Below are positions 27,111-35,124 of a stretch of 64,000 bases of DNA, in pieces. The notes below the pieces were generated by a model. The model made no database searches. It saw only the letters and a list, made by a program, of their open reading frames with translations, and had not been told where the DNA came from. Position 1 is the stretch's first letter. Each line of letters starts with the position of its first letter. The DNA is from an uncultured Acidobacteriaceae bacterium (lineage in GTDB: Bacteria; Acidobacteriota; Terriglobia; Terriglobales; Acidobacteriaceae), in NCBI GenBank assembly GCA_963765825.1, contig CAVXXU010000001.1, positions 26,801 to 90,800 of the forward strand, given 5' to 3'. The position numbers and the translations under genes are program-made.

Positions 27111-28442
27111 ATGTCGAAGATGATTTCGCCGCAATTCTGCCGAAGGTTCCTGATCGGCGCCCTCACACTGATAGCAGCGTCCGTTCCTGGCTTCGCGGAA
27201 GACAACCAGAAAATTCTCGGGGGATATTTCGAAGAATGGAGTATCTACTACGCGGGCTACAACATTGCGAACCTGCAGCAGAATGGCGTCGCGGGAAAGC
27301 TGACACACCTGATGTACGCATTCGCGAATGTGACGACCACACCGGCGCCGGCGTGCGCCATCGCGGACTCGTGGGCCGATTATCAGACTCCGTATTTGCC
27401 GAGCGTGAGCGGGGTTGCGTACGCGGGGCCGATGTATGGAAATTTTGCGGCGATTCAACAACTCAAGCAACTACATCCCAAGCTCAAAGTTCTGATGTCG
27501 ATTGGAGGAGCGTCGGCGGCGAACACCGCGGCGTTTGTAAGTGCGGCAAGCACAGCGGCGGGCCGGCAGGCGCTGGCGGCGTCGTGCATTGACATGTTCG
27601 TGAAAGGCAACATTGCTATCGGGATTACGGCTCCCGGGTTGTTTGACGGGTTCAATATCGATTGGGAGTTTCCGACGGCGAGCGATACGCAGAACTTCAC
27701 GGCGCTGCTCGGCGAGTTCCGCAGCCAACTGCGGGCGCTCGGACTGGCGACAGGGAAAAAGTATGTGATGTCGTTCGATGGGCCGGCGGGTTCGCAGAAT
27801 TACGTGAACATCGATTTGAGAGCCGCGGCCAAACAAGTAGATTTCATTACCATCGACGGCTACAACTACGCGGGATCGTGGGACACGCAGACTAACGACG
27901 CTTCTCCGCTGTTGGACAGCAAGCAGGATCCGCTGTACGGACAGGGACTGGATATCGATGCGACGGTGAATGCGTATTTGGCGGCAGGGGTTCCGGCTTC
28001 GAAGTACACGATGGGTGTGCCTACTTATGGAGCAGGGTGGACTGGCGTTGGGAACGTGAATCACGGGCTGTACCAGAATTCGACGGGGCCCTCGCCGGTT
28101 CAGCTGGCGAACGGAAGCGGACTGTGTCCAGACGTGAGCGGCAATACGGCGGGATGCGATCCGCTGCTAACGCCGGGGGTGGCGACGTACGCGACGTTGG
28201 CGAATTTGACGGCGAATGGATTCAGTTCGACGTTCGATCCAAGGCGAATCGCGGTGACGATGTACGATCCGGTCGGCGGAACGTTCTATACCTATGACAA
28301 TCCGACGACGGCATTTCTGAAAATGCTTTACATCAACCTGAAAGTGCGGGGCGGGTTAGGCGGTGCATATGTATGGGCGCTCAAGGATGACGATGCAAAC
28401 GGAACGATCGTGAAAACCATGGCCCAGGGGCTAGGGCGTTAG
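27111..28442 (+). CDS. secreted glycoside hydrolase family 18 (chitinase-like)
   Basis: 443 aa. Signal peptide. Catalytic motif FDGFNIDWEFP (DxxDxDxE). Confidence 0.9.
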   Translation: MSKMISPQFCRRFLIGALTLIAASVPGFAEDNQKILGGYFEEWSIYYAGYNIANLQQNGVAGKLTHLMYAFANVTTTPAPACAIADSWADYQTPYLPSVSGVAYAGPMYGNFAAIQQLKQLHPKLKVLMSIGGASAANTAAFVSAASTAAGRQALAASCIDMFVKGNIAIGITAPGLFDGFNIDWEFPTASDTQNFTALLGEFRSQLRALGLATGKKYVMSFDGPAGSQNYVNIDLRAAAKQVDFITIDGYNYAGSWDTQTNDASPLLDSKQDPLYGQGLDIDATVNAYLAAGVPASKYTMGVPTYGAGWTGVGNVNHGLYQNSTGPSPVQLANGSGLCPDVSGNTAGCDPLLTPGVATYATLANLTANGFSSTFDPRRIAVTMYDPVGGTFYTYDNPTTAFLKMLYINLKVRGGLGGAYVWALKDDDANGTIVKTMAQGLGR

Positions 28443-28503
28443 GATCGATCGAGTTGGGAGTGAAATTCGGCGGCAGGTGGAAGGAGTCTTCCGCCTGCCG
28501 TTT

Positions 28504-29799
28504 TCATTTGGCTTTGGCGGGGGCGACGGCGGACGCAGAGCCGGCGGACGCGGCGGCGGCGTTGGCAAGGGGAGCCGTGGCAGGTTGCTTGGCGCAGAGT
28601 TCGATGACCTCGGAGATGCGCTGGTTCTCGCATTGCTTTTGCATCTGCCAGTTGCGGAGAGTTTCTCTTTCCTGGGCAATCTGATCGTGGTTGTGCTGGA
28701 TGCGCTCGGCGTAGTGGGCGGTGACACGATCCATCTCGGCCTGAATCTGGGCGTTCTCGGCGGCTTTGCGGGCTTCGAATTCTTCGAGCTGTTTCTGCTG
28801 GCCCGCCTCGTAGGAGGTGAGAGCCTGCTGGCGGCGAGTGGCGTCCTGAAGCAGATCGTCGGAGGAAGTGCCGGCGGCATCGAGGGCCATGAGGACGGAG
28901 GCACGCTTGACGTCGGGCGCGAGGGCCTGAAGGCGGTCGCTGTTAAGCATGTCGACGACTTTGTGGATGCCGTATCCGGAGCGCGGGCTGAGAATGCCAG
29001 CGGCGCGGTAGATATCTTCGTAAGAGAGCAGATTGGTTTGGGGGCCGGTAAGGCCCTCCGCGGGACGAGATGGCGATTGGGTCATAGAAGCCTCCGTGGG
29101 TGGTGAAACGGTTTTGGGCGCGACAGGTTGCTCGTGCTTGCGCCAGAGATTTGGAAAGAATCCTTTGGACTGCATAATGTTCCTTTCTTGCCGCGGGGGC
29201 GCGCCTGCGGGTTGGGACTGGGCTCGTCGCGGGGGATCAGCGGGACGCATGGTGGATTTTGCAGAGTCGTTCGCGGTAGAGCGGGGCGCCGGAATGCGAG
29301 AGGCTGGATGGGTGAGATCGGGGACGGGATTTGAGCGCGAAATGAAAGTGCGCGCTGGCGCCTGACGAGCCTGGGGCGACGGCATTGCGACGGACGGTGC
29401 GGGGAAAGGTTGAGGGCGGGGCGGCGCGACTGGGGAAGGAGAAATGGCTTCCTTCGCGGCTGAGCTGGCTTGGAGGAGCAAGGGATCGCGGCGGACGCCG
29501 AGGAGAAAATCTCTGCCATCCTTGCGGCAGTTTCTGGCAATGGCGGAAAATTGCTCACGTTGCCACTTGACGACGAGTTTGGAACCGACCGTGACGGGAG
29601 TCTTGACGCGGATGCAGGCGCCGGACGGGGAAGTGTCTTCCATGGTAGCGGGCTCGCGATAGGGAGTTCCTGTGGGATCCTCCCAGGAAACCTCAGCGAC
29701 TGCCCACAAGACCGTTCTTGGTTCGAAGTTGCGGCCGTCCATGCCATGTTTATCGGCAGGGGAGTGGGGTGGATTAGTTACGAGTGGGGGGATTTTCAA
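28504..29799 (-). CDS. PilZ-like domain protein with Pro-rich linker and C-terminal coiled-coil domain of unknown function
   Basis: 431 aa. N-terminal beta-barrel-like region with DTSPSG (DxSxxG) preceded by RNFEPR, a degenerate RxxxR. ~170-aa Pro/Ala/Ser-rich linker. C-terminal helical region rich in Q/E/A. Confidence 0.6.
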   Translation of the reverse strand: MKIPPLVTNPPHSPADKHGMDGRNFEPRTVLWAVAEVSWEDPTGTPYREPATMEDTSPSGACIRVKTPVTVGSKLVVKWQREQFSAIARNCRKDGRDFLLGVRRDPLLLQASSAAKEAISPSPVAPPRPQPFPAPSVAMPSPQARQAPARTFISRSNPVPDLTHPASRIPAPRSTANDSAKSTMRPADPPRRAQSQPAGAPPRQERNIMQSKGFFPNLWRKHEQPVAPKTVSPPTEASMTQSPSRPAEGLTGPQTNLLSYEDIYRAAGILSPRSGYGIHKVVDMLNSDRLQALAPDVKRASVLMALDAAGTSSDDLLQDATRRQQALTSYEAGQQKQLEEFEARKAAENAQIQAEMDRVTAHYAERIQHNHDQIAQERETLRNWQMQKQCENQRISEVIELCAKQPATAPLANAAAASAGSASAVAPAKAK

Positions 29800-29895
29800 A
29801 GTGGTATGTTTCCCGAATTGAATTCGTGGTGGAAGGAGCGCGGCCGAGCTTTGCTCGGCTTGTCCGGGTTGAAACCCGGAGCCACATCAACAAAC

Positions 29896-31512
29896 CTAAC
29901 TGCTGAAGAGGCGCATCAGGTCGGAGGCTGGCAGGTCGGGGGAGAGGAAGCGCGGGACGGTGCGGCCGGCGGCGCGGGCGAGGGCTTCGGCGGCGAGATA
30001 GCCGCTGCGGACGGCGCCTTCCATGGTGGCGGGCCAGCCGGTGGCGGTCCAGTCTCCAGCGAGAAAAACGCGGGGCCATGCGGTGGCGGGCGAGGGGCGG
30101 TGGGCGTCGATGCCGGGGCGCGGGGAATAGGTGGCGTGGAGTTCCTTGATTACCGTGGATTTCACAAGATTGGCAGTGCGGGCGGCGGGGAAGAATTCGC
30201 GGACTTCGGCGAGAGCGAGGTCGACGATTTCGGCGCGGGATTTGTCGATGAGGGATTTGGAGGAGCTGACGACGAGCTCGATGTAGCTGCCGGTCGACTC
30301 AGGATTCTTTCGCCCCTCCGGGGCTATCGCTTCATCGTTGTCGTCGGCCCCACGGCTTGCGCCGTGGGCTGCATTCTTGCGCCGCTCCGCGGCTTGTGCT
30401 GCCGATGTGGGGATAGGGTCGCCTCCGCCGCGGGTGGGATTGCCGGTGGTGCGCATGGGTTGGAGGCGGGATTTGTGAAACATCCATTGGATGGTGCGGT
30501 CGAGGAGGACGGCGTGGTCGAGGTCGGAGATCTGGCGGTCGAACCAGAGGTGGATGCCGGTGATGGGTGCGGTTTCGAAATGGCTGAGTTGCTCGCGGAT
30601 GGGGGCACTTTCGGGAGTGTCGGGGAGGACTTTTTGTAGAGCGTCGAAGGGTAGGGCCAGGATCAGGAAGTCAAAATCCCCACCCTGTCCCTGCAAAGTG
30701 CGCAGGGACAAGGGTGGGGCACCCTCGTTATCCCCACGCTTGTTGGAATTTCTTTCTTCTTGATTTCGGAGTTGCAGGTGAACGCGGTCCGCGTCGGCGG
30801 TGAAACTTTCTATTGGTTGGCGGAAGTGGAGTTCGCCGCCGCGGGCGCGGATGTAGTCGCCGGCGGCGTTGTAGAGGTCGGTGAGGGGGACGGTGGGCAC
30901 GCCCATTTGGCGGGCGGCGGGAGATTTCATGGATTCGCGGACGACTTGAGCGGCGGCTGAGATGGAGATGAGATCGAGTTCCTCGCTCAGGGCGCTGATC
31001 AGGATGGGGCGCCAGAAGCGCTCGACGGCTTGCTTGGTTTGACCGTGCTGATCGAGCCAGTGCTGGAAAGATTGTCCGGTGTCGGGTTGCGAGGTAAGCG
31101 TGAGCGGGACCAGTGCGCGGGCGATGGCGAGTTTGTCGGTAACGCTGAGGAAATGGAAACGCAGAAACGACGGGGCGGTGTGGAGCGGGGCGGGGAGCGA
31201 GGAGGATTTCATGATTGACGTGCGGCCGCCGGGCTCGATGAAGGTCATTTCGTCGTACCAGCGGATTTGGTTGGCGACGCCGATACGGTCGTAAAACTCA
31301 AGCAGGTTGGTGCAGACGCGAAACAGGACGTGCTGGCAGTTGTCGACGACTTCGCCGGTGCCGGGATGTTCCCAGGAGGAAGCACGGCCGCCGAGGAAGG
31401 GACGCTTCTCGAAGAGGGTGACGTGAAAACCGGCGTCGGACAAGGCGCAGGCGGCGGCGAGTCCGGCGAGACCGCCTCCGGCGACTGCGACTTTGGGTTG
31501 GGTGGGAGGCAT
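29896..31512 (-). CDS. hpnE: hydroxysqualene dehydroxylase (FAD-dependent amine-oxidase fold) HpnE, carrying two repeat-derived in-frame insertions
   Basis: 538 aa. Rossmann motif VAVAGGGLAGLAAACALSDAGFHVTLFEKRPFLGGRA. Sits downstream of hpnC-hpnD on the same strand. Confidence 0.85.
   Translation of the reverse strand: MPPTQPKVAVAGGGLAGLAAACALSDAGFHVTLFEKRPFLGGRASSWEHPGTGEVVDNCQHVLFRVCTNLLEFYDRIGVANQIRWYDEMTFIEPGGRTSIMKSSSLPAPLHTAPSFLRFHFLSVTDKLAIARALVPLTLTSQPDTGQSFQHWLDQHGQTKQAVERFWRPILISALSEELDLISISAAAQVVRESMKSPAARQMGVPTVPLTDLYNAAGDYIRARGGELHFRQPIESFTADADRVHLQLRNQEERNSNKRGDNEGAPPLSLRTLQGQGGDFDFLILALPFDALQKVLPDTPESAPIREQLSHFETAPITGIHLWFDRQISDLDHAVLLDRTIQWMFHKSRLQPMRTTGNPTRGGGDPIPTSAAQAAERRKNAAHGASRGADDNDEAIAPEGRKNPESTGSYIELVVSSSKSLIDKSRAEIVDLALAEVREFFPAARTANLVKSTVIKELHATYSPRPGIDAHRPSPATAWPRVFLAGDWTATGWPATMEGAVRSGYLAAEALARAAGRTVPRFLSPDLPASDLMRLFSS
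30300..30420. repeat. REP-like GC-rich hairpin element embedded in frame in hpnE
   Basis: Contains cccacggcttgcgccgtggg (8-bp stem), flanked by cgcccctccggggc and gcgccgctccgcggc. Translated as the low-complexity AAERRKNAAHGASRGADDNDEAIAPEGRK. Confidence 0.55.
30672..30724. repeat. palindromic element family P (copy 1), in frame inside hpnE
   Basis: caaaatccccaccctgtccctgcaaagtgcgcagggacaagggtggggcaccc, with ~17-bp imperfect stem arms. Confidence 0.85.
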
Positions 31513-31564
31513 TCTTAGTTAGAGACTTAGGGTCGAGTCACAAAACTTACTTCTGACGACGAAG

Positions 31565-31635
31565 ATCAGAAGTCAGAAGTCAAAAATCAAAAGTCAGAAG
31601 TCAGAAGTCAACAAGTCAGAAGTCACAAGTCAGAG
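31565..31635. repeat. short-period (7-8 nt) tandem repeat, GTCAGAA/GTCAAAA units
   Basis: atcagaagtcagaagtcaaaaatcaaaagtcagaagtcagaagtcaacaagtcagaagtcacaagtcagag, in the hpnD-hpnE spacer. Confidence 0.85.
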
Positions 31636-31636
31636 T

Positions 31637-31686
31637 AAAATCCCCACCCTCTTTCGCAGAAAACGCGAAAGAAGGATGGGGCACCC
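31637..31686. repeat. palindromic element family P (copy 2), intergenic hpnD-hpnE
   Basis: aaaatccccaccctctttcgcagaaaacgcgaaagaaggatggggcaccc. Same termini as copies 1 and 3; the inner stem sequence differs but is still complementary. Confidence 0.8.
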
Positions 31687-31706
31687 ATCCGCGTCTTTTT
31701 GCATGA

Positions 31707-32645
31707 TCACGTTATGCGTCGGAGGAAACCTTTCGCTAGGATGCGGAGCTTTTCCCATGTGCTGAGGGAGATTTTGGCAGTGAAGACGTCGTATTGTTTT
31801 TCGGCGATTTTTTCGAGCAGGCGGCGGTAGATAGTTACCAGCACCCAGAGCGCGGGCTGGCTGTCTTCGGCGATATAGGGAATGAGCGCTTCACCGGAGA
31901 GGTAGAACTTGCGGGCGCGGTCGGCTTCGAGTTCGAGGACGGGGCGGAAGCGGGCCGCGTCGGGCGTCGCGAGAAGTTCGGCGGCGGATAAATTGAACTT
32001 CGCCAGATCTTCTTCGGGAAGATAGACGCGGCCCATGCCGGCGTCTTCTTTCACGTCGCGAATAATGTTGGTGAGCTGAAAGGCGAGGCCGCAGGTTTCG
32101 GCGAGAGGCTCGGCGGCGGGGTCGCGGTATCCGAAGATGTGAATGCAGACCAGGCCGACGACCGAAGCGACGCGATAACAATAGAGGCGAAGGTCTTCGA
32201 AAGTTCGGTACTGGATGGTTATGGCCGGAGCGCCGGTGGTTTGGGCTTCGGCTTGTTCCACGTCCATGGCGGTGCCGTGGGCGAGTTCGTCGAGCAATCC
32301 GGCGGGAATGGAAAAGCGGCGCTGAGCGTCGGTGAGGGCGAGCAGGATGGCGTCGTCGGTGGGGTGGCCCTGCTGGGCGCGATGCAGAGCGTCGAGCCAG
32401 GTCTCGAGTTTCTGGCGACGCTCGGGCAAACTTAATTTTGGGTCGTCGGTGATGTCGTCGCAAAGACGCATGAAGGCGTAGACGGCGCACAGGGCTTCGC
32501 GTTTGCGGCGGGGGAGAACGAGGAAGGCGTAGTAGAAATTTTTAGCCGCGGTGCGAGTGATGCCCTTGCACACGGAGTAGGCCATGACGAGCTGAGGCGG
32601 AGCTGGAGTCCAGGGAACGGGGACCTGCTGGGTGCCGACGCTCAT
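31707..32645 (-). CDS. hpnD: presqualene diphosphate synthase HpnD
   Basis: 312 aa. Squalene/phytoene synthase fold with Asp-rich motif RLCDDITDD. ATGA overlap with the hpnC stop. Confidence 0.85.
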   Translation of the reverse strand: MSVGTQQVPVPWTPAPPQLVMAYSVCKGITRTAAKNFYYAFLVLPRRKREALCAVYAFMRLCDDITDDPKLSLPERRQKLETWLDALHRAQQGHPTDDAILLALTDAQRRFSIPAGLLDELAHGTAMDVEQAEAQTTGAPAITIQYRTFEDLRLYCYRVASVVGLVCIHIFGYRDPAAEPLAETCGLAFQLTNIIRDVKEDAGMGRVYLPEEDLAKFNLSAAELLATPDAARFRPVLELEADRARKFYLSGEALIPYIAEDSQPALWVLVTIYRRLLEKIAEKQYDVFTAKISLSTWEKLRILAKGFLRRIT

Positions 32646-33589
32646 GGCTTGCCTCCGAAGATCTTTGCTATTGCGGCGCGGGCTACCAGAGCGAGTTTCC
32701 GGGCCTTGGAGATGGCGGGACGCTTGCCGAGGACGGCATAGTTCTGTTGTTCAATGGCGTTCAGAATTTCCAGGCCGCCGCGGCTGAAGAGATCGAGATC
32801 GACGGCGAGTTCGCGGTCTACTTTTTTTATCAGCGGCATCCCTTGGCGAAACCAGTCGCGGGCGCGCTCGACTTCAAACTTCATCATGGCGCAGAAGGCG
32901 GGAGTGTTCTGATTGTTGGCAATTTCCTGCTGGGTGACGTTGAAGCGGCGGAGGTCTTCGAGGGGGAGATAGACGCGTCCCTTGTCGTAGTCGATGCTGA
33001 CATCCTGCCAGAAGTTGGCGAGTTGCAAGGCGGTGCAGGTGAAATCGGAAAGATACTGGCGCTCGACGTCGCGATATCCGCAGAGGTAGAGGACGAGATG
33101 GCCGACGGGATTGGCGGAGTAGCGGCAATAGGCCAGGACGTCGTTGAAAGTTTCGAAGCGGGTTACGGTTTGGTCCTGGCGAAAGGCGCGGAGAAGATCG
33201 GAGAACTCGAGCTTGGGGATATCAAATTCGCGGACGGTTTCGGCGAGCGCGACGAAAACAGGATGGTGCGGATTGCCGTCGTAGCAGGCGTCGAGCTCGA
33301 GTTGCCATTGATCGAGCAGGGCGAGGGAAGCGGCGGGGTCGCCGACTTCGTCGCCGAGATCGTCGGAGATGCGGCAGTAGGCGTAGACATTGAAGAAATG
33401 CTGGCGGAGACGGCTGGGGAGGAACCAGCTGGCGACGGAGAAATTTTCGTAGTGGGTGCGGGCGAGGCGGGCGCAGTATTCGCGGGCTTCCGCGAGAGTG
33501 GGAGGAGTGGCCGGAATGGCGTAGTCGGAGGGCAGGCGGGACCAGCCGAGAGCGGCGGGGGACGCGGATTGGGTCACGACTTCGGTCAT
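32642..33589 (-). CDS. hpnC: hydroxysqualene synthase HpnC
   Basis: 315 aa. Squalene/phytoene synthase fold with YAYCRISDDLGDEV. First gene of the hpnCDE order. Confidence 0.85.
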   Translation of the reverse strand: MTEVVTQSASPAALGWSRLPSDYAIPATPPTLAEAREYCARLARTHYENFSVASWFLPSRLRQHFFNVYAYCRISDDLGDEVGDPAASLALLDQWQLELDACYDGNPHHPVFVALAETVREFDIPKLEFSDLLRAFRQDQTVTRFETFNDVLAYCRYSANPVGHLVLYLCGYRDVERQYLSDFTCTALQLANFWQDVSIDYDKGRVYLPLEDLRRFNVTQQEIANNQNTPAFCAMMKFEVERARDWFRQGMPLIKKVDRELAVDLDLFSRGGLEILNAIEQQNYAVLGKRPAISKARKLALVARAAIAKIFGGKP

Positions 33590-33744
33590 TCAAGTTCAAC
33601 ACGCAAGTTCGGCGGCCGAGGGCTTCGTGGAAACTCCTCTCCAGGCCGGGAATGGCGCGAGCAAACACGGGGTCCTTCGACTGCGCAAATGGTTCGCATT
33701 CGCGAACCATTTACTCCGCTCAGGATGACAAGAGCTTAGGACCG

Positions 33745-33800
33745 GGTCTTCAATCACAATCGGAAATCAACAATCAGAAATCAACAATCATCAATAATTA
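33745..33800. repeat. short-period A-rich repeat (AATCAACAATCA type)
   Basis: caatcacaatcggaaatcaacaatcagaaatcaacaatcatcaataatt, between the dehydrogenase stop and the hpnC start. Confidence 0.8.
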
Positions 33801-33804
33801 TTGC

Positions 33805-34854
33805 TCAATGGCCGGGGATGATTGCGGTTTTGATGTCGCCGCCGCGGTTCAGCATGTGGCGCAGAACCTGCTGCAGGCGCGACAGCGGCGCCTCTCCGGT
33901 AATGTAGTCGGTGGGGCGAATCTTTTTGGCCGCGATCAATCCAAAGGCCCGGCGAACCGTTTCCGGCGTGTGGTGGAACGTCGCTTTCAACGTGATTTCG
34001 GAGTAGTGCAGGCGATTGGTCTCGAGCTGCACTTTGGTTCCGCTGGCACATCCGCCGAAAAAGTTGACGGTGCCGCCTTTGCGCACCATGTCGACGGCCC
34101 ACTCCCAGGCTTCGGGGCGGCCGACGGCTTCGATGACCACGTCGCAGCCGCGCTTTTGCGGAGAGAGCGCGCGGACGGCGTCGACCACATTGGGAACTTT
34201 GGTGGTTTGAATAATTTCGTGCGCGCCCATGTGCTTGGCGGCTTCGACCTGGCCGTCGCGCTTGACTACGGAGATGACGTTGCAGCCGATAGCGCGGGCG
34301 ACTTGAACGAACATGAGGCCAATGGGGCCGCCGCCAAGGATGGTGACGGTGTCGCCGATCTCGACTCCGGTCTCGTGCAGGCCGCGCAGGACGCAGGCCA
34401 AAGGCTCGGTCATGGCAGCATCTTCCATGCTGACGTTGGGCGGGATGATGAGCATGTTGGCTTCAACGATGCGGCGCGGAACGCGGATGTATTCGGCGTA
34501 CGCGCCGTTGTTGAAGAGCAAATCTTCGCAGAGGTTTTCCTGATGTTTGGAGCAGTAGAAGCACATCTGGCACGGCGCGGAGTTGAGGGCGACGACGCGC
34601 ATGCCCTTTTTGAAGCCATTGACTCCGGCGCCGACTTCCTCGATGACTCCGGCGAGTTCGTGGCCGAACAGGGCGGGAGGGACGATCATGCGGGCGTGGT
34701 AGCCGCGCTGGTAAACCTTGAGATCGGTGCCGCAGGTCAAGGCGACTTGGACCTTGACCAGAACCTCGCCGTCTCCGACGCGAGGGATGGGGACTTTTTC
34801 GATTTTGAGATCTTCTTTGCCGTACAGGACGGCAGCGGTCATTTTTCCATTCAC
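33805..34854 (-). CDS. zinc-dependent MDR alcohol/polyol dehydrogenase (sorbitol/threonine dehydrogenase-like)
   Basis: 349 aa. LTCGTDLKVY, GHELAGVIEEVG and structural-zinc Cys cluster CQMCFYCSKHQENLC. GTG start preceded by GGAAGGA. Confidence 0.85.
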   Translation of the reverse strand: MNGKMTAAVLYGKEDLKIEKVPIPRVGDGEVLVKVQVALTCGTDLKVYQRGYHARMIVPPALFGHELAGVIEEVGAGVNGFKKGMRVVALNSAPCQMCFYCSKHQENLCEDLLFNNGAYAEYIRVPRRIVEANMLIIPPNVSMEDAAMTEPLACVLRGLHETGVEIGDTVTILGGGPIGLMFVQVARAIGCNVISVVKRDGQVEAAKHMGAHEIIQTTKVPNVVDAVRALSPQKRGCDVVIEAVGRPEAWEWAVDMVRKGGTVNFFGGCASGTKVQLETNRLHYSEITLKATFHHTPETVRRAFGLIAAKKIRPTDYITGEAPLSRLQQVLRHMLNRGGDIKTAIIPGH

Positions 34855-34877
34855 TGCGAGTTTCCTTCCGGTAACGC

Positions 34878-34948
34878 GGGGCTAAAGCCCCATCTTGCAT
34901 TTGCCCTTAGCGGCGTGGCTGAAACCGCGCCCTTTCAAAGCCGTGAGA
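34878..34948. repeat. REP-like family C (GGCTAAAGCC ... AAGCCGCGCCCTTTCAAA)
   Basis: gggctaaagcccc...ggctgaaaccgcgccctttcaaagcc. Lies between the two MDR dehydrogenase genes. Confidence 0.7.
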
Positions 34949-35030
34949 TGGCACGACTCAAGTCGTGGCATTCCACAAAAGTCGTGCCGTTCCCCAAAAA
35001 CCTTGCGGGGGCAGGGAACCGTCAAAACCT

Positions 35031-35058
35031 GAACAGCCGAGGCGGCTGTACCTACGTG
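35031..35058. repeat. REP-like hairpin family A, copy 3
   Basis: gaacagccgaggcggctgtacctacgtg. Confidence 0.7.
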
Positions 35059-35124
35059 AACCTTGCCCCTTCACAACAAACATCCGTACTCGCGGTGCGG
35101 CTGACGCCGCGTAAAATCGTGCTT

